A stretch of 64,000 bases of DNA from an uncultured Chlamydiae bacterium (GTDB lineage Bacteria; Chlamydiota; Chlamydiia; Chlamydiales; JAJFMA01), in contig CAVQMM010000001.1 in NCBI GenBank assembly GCA_963713615.1, forward strand, positions 1,696,001-1,760,000, written 5' to 3'. Under the pieces are notes generated by a model. That model had not been told where the DNA came from. It did no database searches and worked only from the letters and a program-made list of their open reading frames with translations. Made by a program: the position numbers and the translations under genes. Below, piece by piece: positions 10,715-20,603 of this stretch; the first letter of the stretch is position 1, and every line of letters begins with the position of its first letter.

Positions 10715-10812
10715 AAAAACCTTTTAGCATAGTTTGAGCAAGCATATTTTCAAGTAAGATAGCCAGCCTCGATCGACTCGTCAATTATATTTTATTGCTT
10801 TTATGCATCTCC

Positions 10813-10841
10813 TTGACTCATTAAAGGAACTATTTTAGACT
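10813..10841 (+). promoter_or_regulatory. Sigma70/sigma66-type promoter TTGACT-17-TAGACT for the FkbM gene at 11082
   Basis: The same motif (TTGACT-18-TAGACTGCAC) is conserved upstream of the paralog at 13182-13211. Confidence 0.6.
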
Positions 10842-10863
10842 GCACAGATTCAATTGTTTTTAA

Positions 10864-11023
10864 GGCCTTGTTCACCTTTGCGGTCAGAATTTCGGTCGGA
10901 CGAAAAAGGTCGGATGTCGTGGTTTGTGACGAGGGCATAGCGCCAGCTATGTCCGAGGAGCAAAACGCGACAGACGATCCTTTTGCAGTCCACCGAAAAC
11001 TGACCGAAAAGGTGAACAAGGCC
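10864..11023. mobile_element. 160-bp MITE with TIRs GGCCTTGTTCACCTTT(G/T)CGGTCAG and 8-bp TSD GTTTTTAA
   Basis: TSD at 10856-10863 and 11024-11031. The element is absent from the paralogous upstream region at about 13225. Confidence 0.85.
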
Positions 11024-11081
11024 GTTTTTAAACAATGATGACCTCCCGGTAACGATAACTATTCAGCACGTCGAGCCTAAC

Positions 11082-11960
11082 ATGAAAGTTCCATTTATTA
11101 GCCTACACAATACTGTCCATGCCCTGTCTGAGCTATGGAAAATCCCTCTTCTCTTTTTGGCCTGTACAATCACTCTGGTACCGGAAAGCGACCTTTACGC
11201 ACATCCTAAGCCTCCAACATATTACCCTAACGAAGAACATGTGGCAAAGTACCTAAACGAGATGCCTTGGAGTTACTATAAGTCATATTACGTAAATGGA
11301 TTGGGGTGGTTTTGGGTCGATAATGCTCGTGATGTGGTCAAAGATACGATAAAGACAGGAAAGGTCTGGTCGCCTCATATCGTACAGTTACTGGAAAGGT
11401 ATCTCAAACCTGGCGACAATGTGATCGATATTGGAGCCCATATGGGAACCATGTCGCTTGCGATGAGTAACCTTGTTGGAACGACCGGAATGGTTTATGC
11501 TTTCGAATGTGAACGACAATTTTTTAGAGAGCTCTACCATAACATGTATTCTAATGGTAGAACCAATGTCATCCCTCACCTAAGCTGGATTACTGACGTT
11601 GATGCTGATGTCGAGGTATTCGACAAGCATGAAGCTAATTATAACCCTGTGCATTCCCCCATCGATGAGTCTTGGACGCTGCATAAACACACCTTGGATT
11701 CCTTTGCCCTCAACAACATCGCATTGATAAAAATCGATGTAGCAGGTGCCCAGGACGAGGTATTAAGCGGAGCACAAGAAACCATCGCTCACTCACGCCC
11801 CCTCCTGTTTATTAAAATCCTGGGAGCCTTGGATGGAAAAAAGGACCCAGCCGTCAAAAAACGTCTCGTGCATACGTGCAAAACGTTGCTTAACATGAAC
11901 TACATCATATTAAATCTAAAAGGCGAATATTACTTCGCTATTCCTAGAGAACGGGCATAG
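11082..11960 (+). CDS. FkbM-family methyltransferase with signal-like N-terminus (degenerate KIDVAGAQ motif)
   Basis: DIGAHMG, YAFE, LDSF. Confidence 0.85.
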   Translation: MKVPFISLHNTVHALSELWKIPLLFLACTITLVPESDLYAHPKPPTYYPNEEHVAKYLNEMPWSYYKSYYVNGLGWFWVDNARDVVKDTIKTGKVWSPHIVQLLERYLKPGDNVIDIGAHMGTMSLAMSNLVGTTGMVYAFECERQFFRELYHNMYSNGRTNVIPHLSWITDVDADVEVFDKHEANYNPVHSPIDESWTLHKHTLDSFALNNIALIKIDVAGAQDEVLSGAQETIAHSRPLLFIKILGALDGKKDPAVKKRLVHTCKTLLNMNYIILNLKGEYYFAIPRERA

Positions 11961-11980
11961 ACCTCTAGATTTAATGAGAG

Positions 11981-13159
11981 CTACTTTTTATCCATCCAAA
12001 ATGGAAGTTTTGCACCAGAGGGTTGTTGCGGAGTGCACTCCCTTGTATCCATATAATTTGCAAGGCGATTGGTAGGCTTGATACCACAACGCCAGGCGGC
12101 AATAGACAAGATAAATTCCTCGGGATACAGAGACATCGCTGGATGCACCATAGCTGTCATACGATACCATTCGCGTAACAACTCATGTCCTGATGGATGA
12201 TTGAAAGAAATGCCGATGATTGCCGCCCCGATGTGGGGAATTTTGGCCAAATCGGCAATCCGTAAACCAGTACTGAAAACAGTCGAGTCGGGGCAAAGGT
12301 GAAGCCGGTATTCATAATCAAGTTTTGTGTCAGTTGTGGCTAAGATAACTCCCTTTCTACGTAATTCCAAAAACACCTTTTTAAGGTTATTAGCAGGATG
12401 CATAGAACAGTCTACCCACAACACATCGTGATAACCCATTAGAGACGCTTCTATGAGTGAAAGTAACTTGAACGAATAAGGAACATGAATCAATCGAAGA
12501 GACCCTCGGTCTACTAAGGGATATCCACCCACGCGATATAACACGTGCCCGACATAGCCCTCTCGTTTCAAATCGGCTACAATATTTAGCATCCGTTGGG
12601 CATAGGAGGTTCTTAGGTCAAAAGGATCCATATTAAAAGACCCATATAGGACGATGCAACGTGACTTGTCTTCAGGATGAGCTCCCCCAAGCTCCATTTG
12701 TTTAAACACAGGCATTTCCTGTTTTGGCCCTACCAACTTGATGTTTTGCTGGATTCGTTGCCAACAGGCAAATGATCGATCTCCCAGTTCTTCTGGGAAT
12801 ATTTCACAGATGCCTAGACACAAGTCAAACAGCGTATCAAGATAGGGTCTCCGACCATAACGAAGATAGTTTTGGACCAATTGATAGTCCGCCAAGGTGG
12901 GAAAATACAGATCCGACAACGATGTCCATAGCTCTTCGAGCTCATCATCCACATAGGTTGAACGCACCTCATCCAGAGCGAATGGAACAGCACCAATTTC
13001 AGCGAACAGCGTCAGCAACAAAACGGATAACAGACTTAAAACCACCGTGTGACCTCTAGGGTATGTTGTGAATGCAGTTGCGTAGATTCTAACACTTGAA
13101 TTAAAGCCAGACAACAACAAAAATTTTAACCCGCGATTGCCTGCTAATCTTTGAAACAC
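11981..13159 (-). CDS. Putative GT-A-fold glycosyltransferase-like protein
   Basis: HVPYSFK, VLWVDCS, YPEEFILS and FWMDKK. Start uncertain and probably further downstream. Confidence 0.55.
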   Translation of the reverse strand: MFQRLAGNRGLKFLLLSGFNSSVRIYATAFTTYPRGHTVVLSLLSVLLLTLFAEIGAVPFALDEVRSTYVDDELEELWTSLSDLYFPTLADYQLVQNYLRYGRRPYLDTLFDLCLGICEIFPEELGDRSFACWQRIQQNIKLVGPKQEMPVFKQMELGGAHPEDKSRCIVLYGSFNMDPFDLRTSYAQRMLNIVADLKREGYVGHVLYRVGGYPLVDRGSLRLIHVPYSFKLLSLIEASLMGYHDVLWVDCSMHPANNLKKVFLELRRKGVILATTDTKLDYEYRLHLCPDSTVFSTGLRIADLAKIPHIGAAIIGISFNHPSGHELLREWYRMTAMVHPAMSLYPEEFILSIAAWRCGIKPTNRLANYMDTRECTPQQPSGAKLPFWMDKK

Positions 13160-13181
13160 ATTTAGCTACTCAATCATTTTC

Positions 13182-13211
13182 TTGACTCATTTTAAAGCAC
13201 TCTTTTAGACT
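13182..13211 (+). promoter_or_regulatory. Promoter TTGACT-18-TAGACT for the FkbM trio 13286-15997
   Basis: Conserved with 10813-10841. Confidence 0.55.
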
Positions 13212-13285
13212 GCACCCATTAAGTAGTTTTTGAGCAGTAGCAGTAGTGGTCCTCTCTTGACAACACTCAGCACATCGAGCATAGC

Positions 13286-14179
13286 ATGAACATTTCCTCT
13301 GTTAACCTCCTCAGGCCTGCCAAAATTTCGACTAAATTGCGCAGGTTTTCTCTTCTCTTTTTGCCTTATGCCCTTGTCGCATTGATGTGGAGCAGTCCGC
13401 TAAGTGCGGATTTCAATCTACCAATCTACTATCCACAAGAGGAGCATGTAGCTTCATATATTGGTCGCATGCCCTGGCATCTCTATAAATCCTACCATGT
13501 ACCCGGTCTGGGCTGGTTTTGGGTAGATAACGCCCGCGATGTTGTTAAGGATACGATCAAAAAGGGCAAAATATGGGAACCCTACATCGTAAAGATACTA
13601 GCGACCTACATTAAGCCCGGCGACAACGTCGTTGATCTAGGGGCGCACATGGGCACGATCTCCCTAGCTATGAGCAATCTGGTGGGACAAACAGGAATGG
13701 TATACTCGTTTGAAGGTGAACGGCAGTTTTTTAGAGAGCTTTACCACAACATCTACTCAAACGGAAGAACAAATATCATACCTCATCTATGTTGGATCGG
13801 TGATAAGGAGGAAGACATTGAAGTTCATTATTACTACGGCAATAACTATAGCCCGGTGCATCAGCCCAGCGATAGGCCATGGATACTTCACAAGCACAAA
13901 TTGGATACCTTTGACCTCCAGAATATCTCGTTAATGAAGATCGATGTGGAATGCACCGAAGACGAAATCTTAAGTGGCGCTCAGGAAACCATCGCACGCT
14001 GCCGCCCAGTCCTAGTGATCGAAATTATGGGGGGGTTTGGCAATAGTAACAAACCTGAGGTACATACTCGCATTGCTCACACGATTGGTACACTCAACGC
14101 AATGGGTTATTCCGTACAAAAAATTCATGTCGACGATTACCTTGCAGTCCCTAAAGAAAAATTGAGAAATCGCAAATAA
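13286..14179 (+). CDS. FkbM-family methyltransferase with signal peptide
   Basis: DLGAHMG, SFEGE, KIDVECTE, RPVLVIEI. Hydrophobic stretch ending PLSA. Confidence 0.9.
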   Translation: MNISSVNLLRPAKISTKLRRFSLLFLPYALVALMWSSPLSADFNLPIYYPQEEHVASYIGRMPWHLYKSYHVPGLGWFWVDNARDVVKDTIKKGKIWEPYIVKILATYIKPGDNVVDLGAHMGTISLAMSNLVGQTGMVYSFEGERQFFRELYHNIYSNGRTNIIPHLCWIGDKEEDIEVHYYYGNNYSPVHQPSDRPWILHKHKLDTFDLQNISLMKIDVECTEDEILSGAQETIARCRPVLVIEIMGGFGNSNKPEVHTRIAHTIGTLNAMGYSVQKIHVDDYLAVPKEKLRNRK

Positions 14180-14198
14180 ATTAAGGAACAGACTACTC

Positions 14199-15119
14199 AT
14201 GAAGGGTTTCAAGCTATCTGTCATTCTTTGCTGTTGGTGGCTGTCGTCTGCTCTAGCGGGAGATGATCAAGCCTACCAATATTATCCCAAGGAACCTGCG
14301 CTAGAGGCTTATCTGAACAAAATGCCCTGGCAATACTATCGGCTTTATAACGTACCCACTTTAGGCTGGTTTTGGGTCGATGACGCACGCGATTGCATCA
14401 AGGATACACTGAAACAGGGAGTTCTTTGGGAAAAACATGTGCTTCGAGAGCTTAAGAGATATCTTAGGCACGGTGACGTCGCTATCGATATAGGCGCGCA
14501 TATGGGCACGCTATCGCTGTTTATGAGCCGTCTCGTAGGCCCCACTGGCACTGTGCATGCCTTTGAGGGTGAACGTCAGCTATTTAGAGAACTCATCGAG
14601 AATGTAAGATTAAACGAGCGCCCGAATATAATACCCTATATGTTCTGGATTAGTGATGTGGAAAAAGATATTGAAGCCTCATGGGTATTCTATCACCCTG
14701 ATTCCAGCCCCGTCTGTACCTCTGAAGGGCTTCCCTACAGTTTGCATGTACATCGGCTTGACTCATTTAATTTTGATAGAGTCAAGCTCATAAAAATTGA
14801 TGTTGAATTGAAAGAAGATGAGGTTTTGATGGGCGCTAGAGAGACAATCATGCGTTGCCGTCCAATCATCCTTATTGAGATCATGGGCGGATTCGGCTGG
14901 CGCGTGACGCCTGATGTGCGAGCTCGTATAGACCATACTGTATCCCTCTTGAAAGGCATGGGGTATGTTGTAAAACAGATCTTCACAGATGACTATATCG
15001 CGATACCCTCAGAACGCTTTAAACCAATACCTCCGAAATCTGATGTATCGCAAAATCTTGTTAGTGGCCTTCCACAAGTAGCCTTCGAGAACCCTAAGAC
15101 AGAAATTCAAGAAACTTAA
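14199..15119 (+). CDS. FkbM-family methyltransferase with signal peptide
   Basis: MKGFKLSVILCCWWLSSALA leader, DIGAHMG, KIDVELKE. Confidence 0.9.
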   Translation: MKGFKLSVILCCWWLSSALAGDDQAYQYYPKEPALEAYLNKMPWQYYRLYNVPTLGWFWVDDARDCIKDTLKQGVLWEKHVLRELKRYLRHGDVAIDIGAHMGTLSLFMSRLVGPTGTVHAFEGERQLFRELIENVRLNERPNIIPYMFWISDVEKDIEASWVFYHPDSSPVCTSEGLPYSLHVHRLDSFNFDRVKLIKIDVELKEDEVLMGARETIMRCRPIILIEIMGGFGWRVTPDVRARIDHTVSLLKGMGYVVKQIFTDDYIAIPSERFKPIPPKSDVSQNLVSGLPQVAFENPKTEIQET

Positions 15120-15130
15120 TAGAGGCAAAT

Positions 15131-15997
15131 ATGCAATTCCGCTTCCTAAAATGGCCTATTACGATTAGTTGCCAAGCCCCACTAAAGCTATTGCTTTGCC
15201 CTTTGTTGTGCTTCACCTCTTTGACCGCCGAGCAAAAGCTCCCCGCCTATTATCCACAGGAAGATCACGTAGCGTCCTATCTCAGCAACATGCCCTGGGG
15301 ATATTATAAGTTATACAACGTCACTGGACTCGGATCTTTTTGGGTTGACGATGCCTATGACGTTGTCAAAGACACCATAAAAAAAGGTAAAATTTGGGAA
15401 CCTCATATCTTGAAGCTACTCATTACATACATCAAACCAGGTGATCATGTCGTCGACATCGGCGCACATATGGGGACGATTTCGCTCACAATGAGCAATT
15501 TAGTTGGAGAGGCCGGTATGGTGTATTCCTTTGAAGGCGAACGACAGTTTTTTAGAGAACTCTGCTATAACGTGTCTGCCAGCAATCGCAAGAATGTTAT
15601 GCCACATCTGTGTTGGGTTACTGATACCAATATGGAGCTCGAAATGACACAGTACTACGGTGACAACTATAGTCCTGTACACCAGTCCAATGATGGCCCG
15701 TGGAATCTACATAAACATACTCTAGACTCGTTTAATCTCGACAATATAGCCTTGATGAAGATCGATGTGGAGTGTACAGAAGACGAGGTACTACGAGGAG
15801 CCCAGGAGACTATCTCGCGGTCACGCCCAATCCTGATCATAGAAATCATGGGCGGTTTTAGCAGAAAAGATTCAAGGATTAGAGAGCGCATTAAGAATAC
15901 GCGTCGCACATTGCAAAGTATGAACTACAAAGTGAAAAAAATTAAGGATGACGACTACCTCGCCATTCCTAATGAGCGCATCCCAGCAAATGCTTAA
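15131..15997 (+). CDS. FkbM-family methyltransferase with signal peptide
   Basis: DIGAHMG, KIDVECTE. Leader ending SLTA. Confidence 0.9.
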   Translation: MQFRFLKWPITISCQAPLKLLLCPLLCFTSLTAEQKLPAYYPQEDHVASYLSNMPWGYYKLYNVTGLGSFWVDDAYDVVKDTIKKGKIWEPHILKLLITYIKPGDHVVDIGAHMGTISLTMSNLVGEAGMVYSFEGERQFFRELCYNVSASNRKNVMPHLCWVTDTNMELEMTQYYGDNYSPVHQSNDGPWNLHKHTLDSFNLDNIALMKIDVECTEDEVLRGAQETISRSRPILIIEIMGGFSRKDSRIRERIKNTRRTLQSMNYKVKKIKDDDYLAIPNERIPANA

Positions 15998-16132
15998 CTT
16001 TGGCAGAAATAGCATATTCCATGGACTATTGAACGAACTGCGATGGGGTCTAAACCGCTTTTATCTTGTTGCCTAAATGCACCATGCTAAACTACAAAGA
16101 CGACTCTCAAACGTTTAATTTTAGAGCTAAAA

Positions 16133-16870
16133 ATGGTCTGGTGTTGTCTACGTTCTATTTATGCATTGTTATTGTCAATGTGCCTGTCACCTCTATGTGG
16201 GGATCTCTTTTCCGAGGCGGATGATGCGGAAATCGTTTCACAAAATCGCACCTTATTTGTGAGTCTGGGCTCGACCTGTCATTCAGCAATGATGTTGAGA
16301 CATGCCGGCCTCAGATACGCTGCCTATCCGTTAGATTGGGTCTTGTCCATGGATGGTAACAAATTGATCGATGGTATTAGGGATGGTTTTGCTTATCTTT
16401 GCGATCCTAGATACCTCATAGTTCTAAAAGAAAAGTATGGGTGGTTGGCAAATACCTACTACAGCATAGAACTTGTCCATGAGGGGAACTGGCTTGGTAA
16501 CCGTTTTGCGCATCGATGGTCTAAATTCCGCGAGAAATATGCAAGGCGATTGGCAAGGTTTCACAATATTAAAGAGCATGAAGGTACTGTCTATTTTTTC
16601 AGAGCCGCTATGCCTGAATTTTTTGTTTCCCAGGGTACATATGTCTTTGAGGATAAAGAAAACAGAGTAATCACGCCACAGTACGCTCTAAGATTATATT
16701 CTGCACTAAAGGAGGCTTTCCCGAAACCAAATGTGCGATTAATTATTTTCAATTTTTTACCAGAAATCGACAGGGAAGTGCTGAAGGTTTCAGATGATAT
16801 TGTTATGGTTTGGACTGATTGGGCAAAGGGACTCGAGGAAAACGTCCCATCAATCCTGGTGCATTTCTAA
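16133..16870 (+). CDS. DUF1796-like putative cysteine peptidase with signal peptide (paralog 2)
   Basis: FVSLGSTC, YPLDW, KYARRLARF. Colinear with 7689-8417. Confidence 0.75.
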   Translation: MVWCCLRSIYALLLSMCLSPLCGDLFSEADDAEIVSQNRTLFVSLGSTCHSAMMLRHAGLRYAAYPLDWVLSMDGNKLIDGIRDGFAYLCDPRYLIVLKEKYGWLANTYYSIELVHEGNWLGNRFAHRWSKFREKYARRLARFHNIKEHEGTVYFFRAAMPEFFVSQGTYVFEDKENRVITPQYALRLYSALKEAFPKPNVRLIIFNFLPEIDREVLKVSDDIVMVWTDWAKGLEENVPSILVHF

Positions 16871-17016
16871 TGTTTTCCAAATTGTACAATTTGCGATTAC
16901 TTGCTCTCGCTTTCTTTCTATGGACAGGTATTCCCTTGCATGCGCCACAAGTGCTTGTGAGAGTATCGAGGTACTAAAGTGCTGCCAAAATTTCAAATTA
17001 TGTTGACGAATTTCTT

Positions 17017-17099
17017 GGCCCTATTTACGCTGCACGGTTTTCGTAGCAATTAGGGGCCTCGCAGCCGACCGAAAACTGCGCGTAAAGTCGAACAAGGCC
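17017..17099. repeat. Degenerate, shortened relative of the GGCCTTGTTC MITE
   Basis: The right end CCGAAAACTG..GAACAAGGCC resembles 10992-11023; the left end starts GGCC. Confidence 0.5.
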
Positions 17100-17163
17100 C
17101 AATTAGGCGTCCACAATAGGACAAGCCATAGAAAACGACCGCAGACCAACAGAGAGCATTAAC

Positions 17164-18042
17164 ATGAAAAATTACGGTATTTTAGAGCATAGTCCCCTTT
17201 CGCAATGTTTTAGGTCTATCTGGATCGCCCGCCTTTGGGTGTCGTGCCTACTCTTGGTATTGACATTCACTTCTTTGAAGGCTGACCATAAGCTCCCAGA
17301 CTACTATCCTCAGGAAGAGCATGTGGCAGTCTATCTATCTCAAATGCCGTGGCAATATTATAAGTCGTATTATGTAAAAGGTCTGGCATGGTTCTGGGTG
17401 GATGATGCAAAGGATTGCGTTAAGGATACCATTAAGCAGGGCGTTATTTGGGAGCCCTACATCTTGAAGGTACTCAGTCGATATATAAAACCTGGTGATC
17501 ATGTGATCGATCTGGGAGCACATATGGGAACAATTTCACTAGCCATGAGTAACCTCGTAGGTGAGACTGGTATGGTTTATTCTTTTGAAGGCGAGCGTCA
17601 ATTCTTCAGAGAGCTATATCATAATGTCTATTCTAATGAGCGTACCAACGTGAAACCCCATCTTTGTTGGATTACCGATAAGGAAGACGACGTTCAAGTT
17701 ACAGGGTACTATGGCCCGGATTATAGTCCTGTCCACCAATCCTCGGATAGACCTTGGACTCTTCACAAGCGCACATTAGATTCCTTTGGCTTTGATAATA
17801 TCTCCGTGATCAAGTGTGATGTGGAGTGTACAGAAGATGAGGTTCTAGCCGGAGCTCAGCAAACCATAGCCCGCTGCAGACCCATTTTCGTCATTGAGAT
17901 CATGGGAGGATATGGCTGGAGTAACGACCCCAAGGTCCTAGACCGCATTGCCCATACTATCGAAACCCTGCGAGCAATGGATTATGTAGTCCGAAAAATC
18001 TATGTTGATGACTACCTAGCCATACCTAGAGAAAAGCTTTAA
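17164..18042 (+). CDS. FkbM-family methyltransferase with signal peptide
   Basis: DLGAHMG, KCDVECTE. Leader ending SLKA. Confidence 0.9.
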   Translation: MKNYGILEHSPLSQCFRSIWIARLWVSCLLLVLTFTSLKADHKLPDYYPQEEHVAVYLSQMPWQYYKSYYVKGLAWFWVDDAKDCVKDTIKQGVIWEPYILKVLSRYIKPGDHVIDLGAHMGTISLAMSNLVGETGMVYSFEGERQFFRELYHNVYSNERTNVKPHLCWITDKEDDVQVTGYYGPDYSPVHQSSDRPWTLHKRTLDSFGFDNISVIKCDVECTEDEVLAGAQQTIARCRPIFVIEIMGGYGWSNDPKVLDRIAHTIETLRAMDYVVRKIYVDDYLAIPREKL

Positions 18043-18050
18043 GCATTCGA

Positions 18051-18092
18051 GGCTGCTGTTACCCATTGTAAGAATTTAGGGTGACAGCAGCC
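18051..18092 (+). terminator. Stem-loop after FkbM gene, possible terminator
   Basis: GGCTGCTGTTACCC ... GGGTGACAGCAGCC followed by ATTTGT. Confidence 0.5.
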
Positions 18093-18259
18093 ATTTGTAT
18101 GAACTCCGTTGTGCCACAATCGGTCATAAACACGCTTTTGGTCAACTTCCAAATTTCTGACCGATTTGAAATGGTTCTTCGCAAACCTGGTTCATTCACA
18201 AAAATTGTTTGCCTTGAAACTATCATATAGGCCAATCTTTAAAGTTAAATGAATGGAAA

Positions 18260-19219
18260 ATGTGGTCCTCGAGAATGTTTAACCAGACAAATTATAACAG
18301 CAGCATCGGGCAAACGTATTCGAAGTGGCTATATATAGCGATAACAATACTCTTGAGTCTCCTGACCATAACATCCGTTTATGGCTTTAATGGCGAAGCC
18401 TTAGCTAATCTATCTCTTGGCTATCGTTTCGACGGCATCACGGCTAAATCCGAAGGCCTAGATCCAAAAGGATCGCGCGTATCCCTGGATTTCATGGATA
18501 TTAAGGTTCACATCTGCGAAGTCGTCCTGTCCGGTGAGCTCGCTTTTCCTAACAATTGGATCTTTGAAGGTTTCACCGATATCGGCGTGGTGGGAGCCGG
18601 TCGATACAAAGAAGAAGCTCTCGCCATGGGCTTGCTGGATACGCAAGCCGATCTTAATTCCGGATGGTGTGCTGATATTTCTATCGATCTTGGCTATCGG
18701 TGGCCTATCTGTTGGGGCCTCTGCCTTCAACCTAGCATCGGTTGGTCTTACGACTACCTCAAAGTCACGACGCAACGTACTAAAACCAACGGTCATCCCG
18801 ATCCTATTCTTGAAGGGGTGTCATATACCAATCGCTGGCAGGGCCCCTGGGTAGGTTTGGGCTCGCAAGGCTGCTGGTGTGGTTACAAGCTAAGATCCGG
18901 TTATGAATATCACCAACCTTATTGGAAAGCCGCATGGACACTTGCGCACCCAGATATTCCCAGAAGCGCTTTTTCAGATCATAGGAAGTCTCATCACGCA
19001 TCAGCCCATGTCATTTTTATTGAATCTAGCTATACATTGCCCAATTGTTGGAGCTTTGGTATAAACATGAGAGGAGGGTATTGGCGGGCCACTCAGGGCA
19101 CCCTTCTTCCTAGAGCAGGAAGCTTCTCAGCTCTCGATATACCAGAGGAAGTAGATGTTGTGCACCAAGCTACGTGGTATACCGGGCAAGCCAAAATCTT
19201 TTGCGGTGTTACTTTCTAG
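18260..19219 (+). CDS. Outer-membrane beta-barrel protein (omptin-like architecture)
   Basis: Signal-like segment, alternating amphipathic strands, YTNRWQGPWVG motif, C-terminal Phe. Confidence 0.7.
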   Translation: MWSSRMFNQTNYNSSIGQTYSKWLYIAITILLSLLTITSVYGFNGEALANLSLGYRFDGITAKSEGLDPKGSRVSLDFMDIKVHICEVVLSGELAFPNNWIFEGFTDIGVVGAGRYKEEALAMGLLDTQADLNSGWCADISIDLGYRWPICWGLCLQPSIGWSYDYLKVTTQRTKTNGHPDPILEGVSYTNRWQGPWVGLGSQGCWCGYKLRSGYEYHQPYWKAAWTLAHPDIPRSAFSDHRKSHHASAHVIFIESSYTLPNCWSFGINMRGGYWRATQGTLLPRAGSFSALDIPEEVDVVHQATWYTGQAKIFCGVTF

Positions 19220-19220
19220 A

Positions 19221-19281
19221 TATACCATGCGGGTTAGATTTGCCGCCGTCGAATACGCCAAATCTAACCTCGCATGATATA
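19221..19281. repeat. Palindromic element TATACCATGCGGGTTAGATTTG...CAAATCTAACCTCGCATGATATA
   Basis: Imperfect inverted repeat. Related half-copies at about 31099-31121 and 33382-33400. Confidence 0.6.
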
Positions 19282-19385
19282 CCTAAAAAACAAAATTCAT
19301 GACATTTGTACCGCCACACTATTTAGCATCCTCATTTTAGAGGGTATGTAAAGGTCATCCACACATCAAAAAACGAGAACAAATC

Positions 19386-20480
19386 GTGTCGGTAGTGCAA
19401 TTTTTTAAGTTCTTACTTATCACCATAATTCTCTTTGTCGCCAGTGCCAATATCATCGCCGAAAATGATCTGTTCGAACCTCTCTACATGGACGAGGAAT
19501 TGATGGATCTCTGGGCTTCGCTTGAAGACATTCATAATCCAACGATAGAAGATTATCGGTCCGTAGAACACTATCTTAAGTATGGCAAACGCCCATATTT
19601 AGATTTTTTGCTTGATCATCTCTACAATACAGGACTACTTATAAAACCAATAGATCGTAGTTGGACGATTTGGAATCGCCTTATGCAAAGGATTTGTTTG
19701 ATCGGCCCAAATGACGAAGCACCCTTTTCACAAACTTTTGTTTTGGGTGTAGCGCCTGACGACCTCTCACAATGTATTGTGCTTTATGCTTCATTCAATG
19801 AGGACACTTTTGATGGGAAAACCGGCTACATTCAGCGCATGTTAGCGCTTGCTGAAGAGCTCAAACAGGTTGGTTTTAAGGGGCATGTTCTCGTCCGCGG
19901 TGGGGGTTATCCCACCCTTCAACATGGTGGGATTCAATTCGCGCATATCCCCTATTCATTCAAAATTCTCGCAATGTTAGAAGCTCATCTGCAAGGATAT
20001 GGACGCGTATTGTGGTTAGATTGTTCCGTTCATCCAGTCCGGAATATACAATTGGCCTTTGCAACAATAGAAACCACTGGCTATCTTTTCCTGGAGAATG
20101 GATCCACTCTGTTCACAGACTATCATTACAGTCAAAAACTTCCCTATGCCGTGGTAAAAAATTTCATTTTTCCCGATGCAGCTGTTGCTGCCAGCGACTT
20201 GTCCATTCAGGATCTAAGATCAATTCCGCATCCTTGGGCAGGCATCATTGGCATCAATTTTCAGAATGACAAGGCAAAAGCTATGGCCATGGAATGGTTC
20301 AGGCTAACAAAAATGGTGATTCCGGCAATGACACTGTTTCCTGAAGAGTTATTGGTGGCTATCGCAGCTTGGCGAACTCGATGAGCTCCAACTAGTCATG
20401 TTGGCAAGTTTGTAGATGTACGCTCAAGCGTGCGAAATAAGTCCCAATCAAAAAAGTTGTTCTGGTTTGATAAGGGCTGA
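19386..20480 (+). pseudogene. GT-A-like family paralog interrupted by an in-frame TGA at 20382-20384
   Basis: The same frame continues for 31 codons past the stop (APTSHVGK...KLFWFDKG*) and ends in the family-conserved FWxDK terminus. Confidence 0.7.
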
Positions 20481-20603
20481 GGCTATATACCATGGGATAA
20501 CGCCACCAAAAACCACTATGGGATATAAACAGAGAGAATGACCCTCAGTGGAATCCGTCGGAATTACAGTAGCTCTGTGGCCACCACCGAGCGCACGCCC
20601 TAG

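Noticed and set aside
20382..20384. TGA as selenocysteine
   Set aside because: The aligned position is Val/Ile in paralogs, not Cys, and no convincing SECIS hairpin follows.
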